Shown here: positions 56,774 to 64,000 of the stretch, piece by piece
Layout: each line of letters begins with the position of its first letter
How positions within the stretch are numbered: the first letter of the stretch is position 1
NCBI GenBank assembly: GCA_965637545.1
Contig: OZ281498.1
Location: forward strand, 17,546,001-17,610,000
Direction: 5' to 3'
DNA from: Phallusia mammillata
Taxonomy: Eukaryota
DNA: 64,000 nucleotides
Made by a program: the position numbers and the translations under genes
Notes under the pieces: model-generated
What the model was told of the DNA's origin: nothing
The model's database searches: none
What the model saw: the letters and a program-made list of their open reading frames with translations, nothing else

Positions 56774-59700
56774 TGTGCTAAACCCGCAAGGGAAAGTTAC
56801 CGATACCAATTTCAAAGACCTTAAGATGAGCAACTGCAAAACATAGTGGAGAAGGCTAAAAAATGTAAAAATGCAATTATTTCATAAACGTTTTAAATAG
56901 AAAATATTATTAAAATCCCTGCGATGACATGAAAAATTCAAAAATAAATATTACAAAAATGTGTTGTTACGTCATAATGAAGCATGTTACTTTAAATTTA
57001 TAATTCTATTCACTAATATAAGAGCAAAAAAAATTTATAACTGAAAAGCTTTAGTTTTGTTAATTTAATTAACTACTTCAAGATCAAAACATTTAACTGA
57101 AGAACAATGCTAAAAACTTTTTTTAATCAATATACAGCACTTTTTAATCTTCATTTTTGTTTCTTCACGAAAGGAGTTTTTATAAAAAACAAAACAAGCT
57201 ACAACTGCATACATTTGACGTTATTCGACGTCACCAAACCAAGAAATTGCTTGGAAATAACAGCAAAGTTGTCAGAAAACTGCATTGTAAAGCAATAAAA
57301 TCCATGTTCAGTTACGTTGTACTTTAACATTATGACAAACAATAACAGGTCGATTCGCAGCAATTGATGCGAGGCGTTATAGAACCATTGCTCACGAACC
57401 ACACTTCAATCTGTCAAAAATGCAAACTAAAAACTCAAATGATTTAAAGATAACAGTTTTCGATCTTTAGTGCGATTTCCCATAATCCGAGGGACTCGAA
57501 AAATCCGCAGTCACGTCACAATGGGCACTCTTAGCACACAAAGGCAATCTTTCGATACAAAACTATGCGAGATTGTGACAGAACAAAAGTGAACTACAAA
57601 CTATCAAAAACCAAGGCTATCAATTAAGATAACAATAAGAGGCTTTTTATACAACCGACTTTTACAACACCTAATCCTCAGCTAAATTTTTTTTCCAAAA
57701 AATTGCGTTAGCACACCGTTTTCTATTTTCTTTTTGCTTTTTAATGATTAAAGTCAAAATAGATAAGCTTTTAATGCACTCCCGTCATATTAAATGTAAC
57801 CATGAAATATGCTAAAATTAATGTAACGAACAGTCAAAACGATATCCCATAAAACCCTAAAATAAGCACAGTCGCGGCAAATTAATAATGCATTCCAAAG
57901 AAAAACGAATATAACAATAATAGGCTATTCTTTGTGGTAGCTCCTGTCTTACAAAACATCACAATATGAGTGCGTTGCAGCGAAAATGATGCTGAATTTA
58001 ACGTTTACCAACCTCACCTGTCTGTCAATTACCAATAGGCTAATCTATTCTCCCGGAATTAAACTTTAATACGATAAAATTTGCTTTACACCAAGGGTCA
58101 GATACCATGCCTAATACACGAATATACCTAGCACTGATTACCGTATAAATCAACTAGTATCAACTACAATTTCACACTAAACGCAAAGCCATTACTTTTT
58201 AATAAGCACATCGGCAAGTGGCGTATGAAAGGTTGCCGACCCGTGCTTTACAGTTTACAGCATTGCTTTTCAACTTTTGGCGTCACCTCATCACTGCTAC
58301 TATATTTGTACCAGAATTTTTGCTAGCTCATATGTTGTGATGTTTATTAAAAATGTTTGTCACACCCATAATTTCCCCAAATATATCCGCGCAGGTTACC
58401 GAACTCTGCTTTACAGATTTTTTCAAGTAACGCTGATATAATTATGACCCCAGAAGTTTCGCATTTTAAAACAAAACAACGACTCTGCATAATATACATT
58501 CTAATTCTGGAAAACGTAATCACAGAGTTCCGTCTCAAATCTGCTAATACAGCTGACAACTTAAGTCATGAATTTGCAAAGGGAAACAATTCAATGATTT
58601 CTTCGCGTGTTGCGTTGCTGGCCCGGCAATGTTTAAATTATTTATTTGTGTTTAGAAGCTAGCAGTCAAATGGACGGTAATTGGTTTCAAGTGTACCGGA
58701 GTTCAAGACAAACGATCGTGCGGTTTGTTTCCAGTTTTGGGCATTATATAATATTTGTAAATACAGTCAACCTCAGTTTCACCGGATTTTCGCCTAATTC
58801 TGATAAACTTGAGCTACAAGTTGATTGTAATGTGGTAATAAGGCTATACAAAATGTACTCCAAAGAGCAGCAGACGATCAGCGTCAGTGTAATGTTTTAT
58901 TTTGTAAAAAACAGAAATATTAATTTCGCCTATTTTGGGCATTGTCAGTTTCCGTCTTATTCAAATAAAAGTGGTAATAAGGCTTTAACTAATCAACATC
59001 GTTCAATCCAAATCTTCGACTAATCCAGGTACATTTTTTGGTCCAAATGTGTCTGGATTAACGAAAGTTTACTATGCGTTCAAAATACAATCGTAAGTAC
59101 TTTGATCTTATAAAGCAAAGATCAGTTAAACAGAGTTTTAAACCCAAAAACAGTCCTTAGTCAAAATAGTGTTTTGGTGCTAAACATTTTCTAAAAATGT
59201 GTAATAAAATGGCAAACAAGCTTCAAGACCTGTCTATTTGTTAATATGCATTAAATGTACAAAGTTAAAATTTGTGTTCTTTGTGTTAAAAAAGTTATGA
59301 CTCAAGTTACATTAATAAAACACTGCTGTCTATGGGTTTTTCATAGATCAAGAAATATCGGTAAATCGTAACTATCCGTAACGTCATAAACGGAGAATTC
59401 CACAATCACTTTAAATCATCGTTGTATCACATTATCACCTACGATCACCCAAATAATCCTTGTCTGCACAATAATTATGTACTATGTTATTTTTTAAATT
59501 TGTTTCATCAAAAAACAAAAAAAGAAAACAATAAAGTTGACGAGACAATAACGAAGAAACAAAAAAGTATTTTTTTAGTTTTTTTGAAAACCACAAACAA
59601 GCAACACTTTTGTTGTCTAGCATCGAACCACTCCAGCGCCATGAAACCTGATTTATCGTAAAACTGATCAAATCTGCGATTAAGTCTTTTGAACAAGATC

Positions 59701-62700
59701 TGTCTCTCCTGTATTTTGGTGACGGCCTATTGTTGCTGTAACTTTGTTTGCTAAGAATTTGCGTTAGGAACTGTGTCACGCGTTTTGGATACTATCAACC
59801 ACAACAAACTATTGGTCGGGCATATTTTCAAATAGTGTGTGGTGAGTAAAGTTTCTCCATTATTTTTTAAACAATTAAAACCGTTGCAATTGGTGCAACT
59901 AATGTTTTTTTACAAAGGAGTCCATACTAATAAAAAAAGGAAATCGTTGACATAAATAAAACCACAGAAAAAAAACCTTCATAAAAGTGGTCGACCATCT
60001 TGACAAAAAACAGCTAGCATTTCAACTACTCTTCCAACAATTTCTGAAACTTACATTAATAAAAATATCTGCCAAATAACTCATAATATAGGATTAGAGA
60101 TTCAAATTCTGATTTTGAAATAAAATTTATTTACTCGCCTAAGCTCGCTTCTTTAGTTCTAAAAACCTGTTTTTAGTGCAACAATACAAGAAAAAATAAC
60201 TGTTTCATATGAGAAGAAAACGACATATTCTTTTCCAATATCAGTTACTGAATTTGTCTTCACTAATTCTGTGAAGCTTTTTAGATAAAAACGATCCATA
60301 CAAACAGAATATTGCAACACTTCACCGCAAACTTGGCTTAGCCGTGCTTCTCTCACCGAGGCACGTTACAGGAACTCGCTCATGTCAGGGTCGAAAAGCC
60401 GCAAAACAGACGCCACCGCAGCCCCCGTTATAGCTATTGTGCCAGCCCAAGCGGCCGAGAATTTTGACGCTGTGACAACAGGCCAAAGTGGCGAGAAGGC
60501 CCCCTGCAACGTCGATAGTCACTGAAGTTTTTCAAATCGTCATCTCTGATCGTGAATTGTTGTTTTAGCAGAGAAATGATTTGCCGTCCTCGTGAACCAT
60601 CTCTTCCACTTAGGTTTTGTTTGGCCTTTTTGATTCTTTTATTGTCGTGTCGTTTCGAGTATCGTTTATTCTCGGGTAAACACGCGTCCGAGATTTAAGA
60701 TAATGTTACGTGATTAATGCTGAAGACTGTGTAGTTAAGGACTTATACTAACCTTTTTTCCTATACTGCACACTGTTACATTTTGTTACTTTAACACGAA
60801 ACATCTACGAACATAACACGAAACATCTCGCCTACGAACATAATCATGAGAGCAAAAATTAAGTTAATAAAATCCATTGAATCTACCTTTTATCATAAAA
60901 GAAACATTCAATATGTAAGCACTACCAGTCAGGTTAAGAAGTTTTGGGTTATTTAATTGGACAAACAATGTCAACAAATAGCGCATTATCCATAATGTTT
61001 AACAAATACTTATTCAACAGAAACTTTTGCCTGAAAGACACAATCACGTCGATGCACATGTGCACAATTACATACAAAAACAAAGATTTGTTGTCATGTT
61101 ATATTTAATAAAAATTGATAATACGAGTTTTGTCTTTTTGACTAATGGCAGATTGCTTTGTGTCGGAATGTATTCGCTACAGTATTAAAACCAACACCCA
61201 CTAAAATAATATATGCAAGGAAACTGATTTTTAAGGCTTCAGAAGTTGAGGCTTCGGTGTTTAACAACGTGGCAAAAGTTGATGGAAAATTTTACAAACT
61301 TTGTCCAAACCAAACTCCGTTGGTCCACCCGGCTTCGCGCAAGCTTGAAAACGCAGACCGGTCGGCTCGGGATAAGCAATGTAAGCGACATTGGTATCAA
61401 ATACGGTGTTTAACTTGGCGACAAAGGCGACCTGAGAAGAAGGGCATTAGTCACATCGGGGAAACGCGCCGCCGGGCCCTAATCCTCTGAGCAAAAGAGC
61501 ATAAGGGATTGAGGCAGTTTAATTCAAATAGGAAGCAATTCATGTGGCCATTGACAGAACACGCCTTAACATCGCATAGGTATGTTGTTTCTGTCTTTTT
61601 GACGCTGTAGGGGATGAGGCTGATAGATTTCGGTCTGACTTACCGAAGTTTTGGAGGAGAAAAGGTCGTTGTCCTTACTTCGACAAGAGTTTGTTTTGGA
61701 TACTTCGTTGTACACAAAGGTATCCGTCTTAGGGTAGCGATACAGCTTTGCATTTTTTGGACCTTAATTTCATGGGGTACAATAGTTTGAAATCGTCAAT
61801 ACCGCCTAGTTGGTTGCGTTACACCTTATTTAAAAATCTAAATAATACACACATTGCGAAAGTTGAATAAATTTGCACTAACTTTTGATTCTATTACAAA
61901 TAGGTAAAAAGTCAGTTTTTGCCTGGCATGATTAGATTTAACAAACTTTACTAAGTATTTTAATTGCCATGTACTATTTTTCCTCTTAAAATTGAATCGC
62001 ACATATTCTGTAAAAAGTATATTTTGGCGCAACTAAATGGCCAAAATACACTTTACTAAACATTAGAGTGGATTCAAAGAAAGGTAAATATTTCTGCCTG
62101 CGACTGGCTCTTTTCAAAACTTTTAGAAGCTAAATCGGTCTTGTTAAAGAAACAAGACTTAAATTTTCTGCGTTATTTCCTAGCAATAATCGCATTTTTT
62201 GTTTAAAAAACAATATTTTTCAAAGCAGTTCGCAGTGTTTATTGGGTGAAACTATGAAAGCATCGTCTACATTTCAAATCCATTTTAAACATGAAACAGT
62301 GCAGATATTGGTGCTATCAGAATGAGACGAAAAACTAGTGCAATTTGTAAAGCATTCGAGGCTTTGTAAATGTTGGTTCGGTTCGTTATTCCTGAATTCA
62401 TGGAGACACGAAGATAAGACACATAAGGAACAAAAGGTAACAATCTTGGTAAACAGAAATTGATCGAAATGTTATTAGCAGTGTGTTCTTGGGTCATCAC
62501 AGTGCAATTGCTACTACGTACTTGTGCATTTATATAACAACTAAATATATGAAAGTGAAGCAATGCGAATATAATATAATAAGCATCTACAGCAGTGTTT
62601 TCAAACTCTTTTTCTTACCTAAAAAATTTCCTCCAAACCCATAAAATGTTCAATACGTTACGGCCGAAAAGTCTTAATTTGACAATACCTCGGTTTAAAC

Positions 62701-64000
62701 CAGATTCTAGAAAATGATATTCATAAAATAGATATACTTACAAAACAAAGTAATAAAAACAGTTCAAGTCACGAGCAATACCTCGATACCAACACCCCAT
62801 ATAAAAATCAGCCAAGTTGTGAAACACTACTCTACAAAAATGGTGAACAACAGACATACAGCTAGCAATGATGCAACAACTAGCGAACTAACTCAAATTG
62901 TCGTACCGTTTACTGACTACTTATTCTACGTTGAATTACTTTACATTAATAAAAGTAAAATGAATATATGAGTAAACACAATGTGTACATAAAAATCAGT
63001 GATACAAAATTACTGATCTGTAGGCCCATATTTGAACACAGCAATCGTTTAACTGAACATTTTTACCACAAATGTGCTAAATTACAAGTACCCGAGAGAG
63101 GACTGGTTAGAATAGGACGAAGTTATTAAAATAAGCCTGAGAAGAACGAAATGCACACATTTGAGACGGAATGATGGTTGGTAAAAGAAACATATGGTAA
63201 AGAAAAATGGGATGTAGGCAATGTGAGGTTAGTCGTCCAACTGACACAGACATGCGACTCCTCTGTTGACCCAATGTTGTTCTGGAAGTGACGAGGGAAA
63301 CCTGAGAAAATTTGGAACAACGGATTTAATGTAAAATAATAGACAAGGGGGTTTAAAAAGGCTTGATAACCTTCTGAATAAATTTTTTTAAATTTCTTTA
63401 ACAACCTAAATCCGCACACCCCCAAAACTTGAATTTATCCGGGTTACGAAAGTAAAATAACCTATAACGATTAACCAAACTGAATACGCTCCAAACCTTC
63501 ATAACATTAATATTGTTGCAGATTTTTATTGAGGCCGGGCTTATCGGTCCAACTTGGGCTTTTGTTTAAATAAATCGGGTTTGTTTCGGGCCTTACTTTC
63601 AATTCCACCCCATTAATTTCGTAATTTCATTAACTTTCGGGCCTAATTCGGGCATATTTTAAACATACTCGAGTTCTGGCCTTTACTTTCCCGTTCGGGC
63701 CGGGTTCAGGCCCCAATTCTAAATCCGATTACACCTCTGTATTGTTTTGTTGAGGAACTACAAAAGGCAGCTCGATGGGAACTTAATCTAATCAATACAA
63801 AAAACCAACAATATACGCTTACTTTATTGTTAGCACATAGTTGGTGGAATGACCAGTTGTAGATAGAACACCTCTTCTGGCGCTTGTTTTGTACACAGGA
63901 CAGCTGTATGTTATTTCGTCACTAGATGTATCACGCTTATCTCGAACTTGATGTGGTTCCAACCAAATCTGGTGGCGTGAATAGATAAAGCTAAGGAAAA

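Noticed and set aside
63530-63739. MITE-like segment with ttcgggcc repeats ending aaatccgattacacctctg
   Set aside because: Only one terminus is visible, with no matching TIR or TSD.
1-64000. CRISPR arrays, rRNA or prokaryotic operons
   Set aside because: No regularly spaced repeats and no rRNA-like sequence; the spliced gene structure is eukaryotic.

Overview
Eukaryotic, AT-rich DNA with short GT-AG introns. A marine invertebrate, plausibly a tunicate, is my inference; the taxon cannot be fixed from the sequence. Bases 1-35.3 kb hold a tandem and inverted array of one 9-exon secreted-protein gene family, built as signal peptide, 14-Cys Ly6/uPAR (three-finger)-like domain, one sushi/CCP domain and one vWA domain with a non-canonical MIDAS. 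I call it LSV. There are seven copies (0-6, copy 0 cut by the window edge) in three subfamilies, plus two relics. Copy 4 has an intact ORF and intact splice sites. Copy 6 has an intact ORF with a 4.5-kb Gypsy LTR retrotransposon in intron 7. Copies 1, 2, 3 and 5 carry different lesions: nonsense plus exon break, donor GT>AT, acceptor AG>TG plus frameshift, and a MITE at the exon 1 boundary. Copies 2 and 3 form a head-to-head palindrome with arms of about 3.3 kb. Downstream lie a class A GPCR (36.3-37.8 kb), a C2H2 zinc-finger gene, a CHST/HNK-1-type sulfotransferase, a LINE fragment and a TMEM26-like gene. Other elements are several hAT-type MITEs with perfect 8-bp TSDs, two solo LTRs, a tRNA-derived SINE family and a Penelope-type minimal hammerhead motif. 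Exon models were read by hand from splice signals and paralog comparison; no database search was run.
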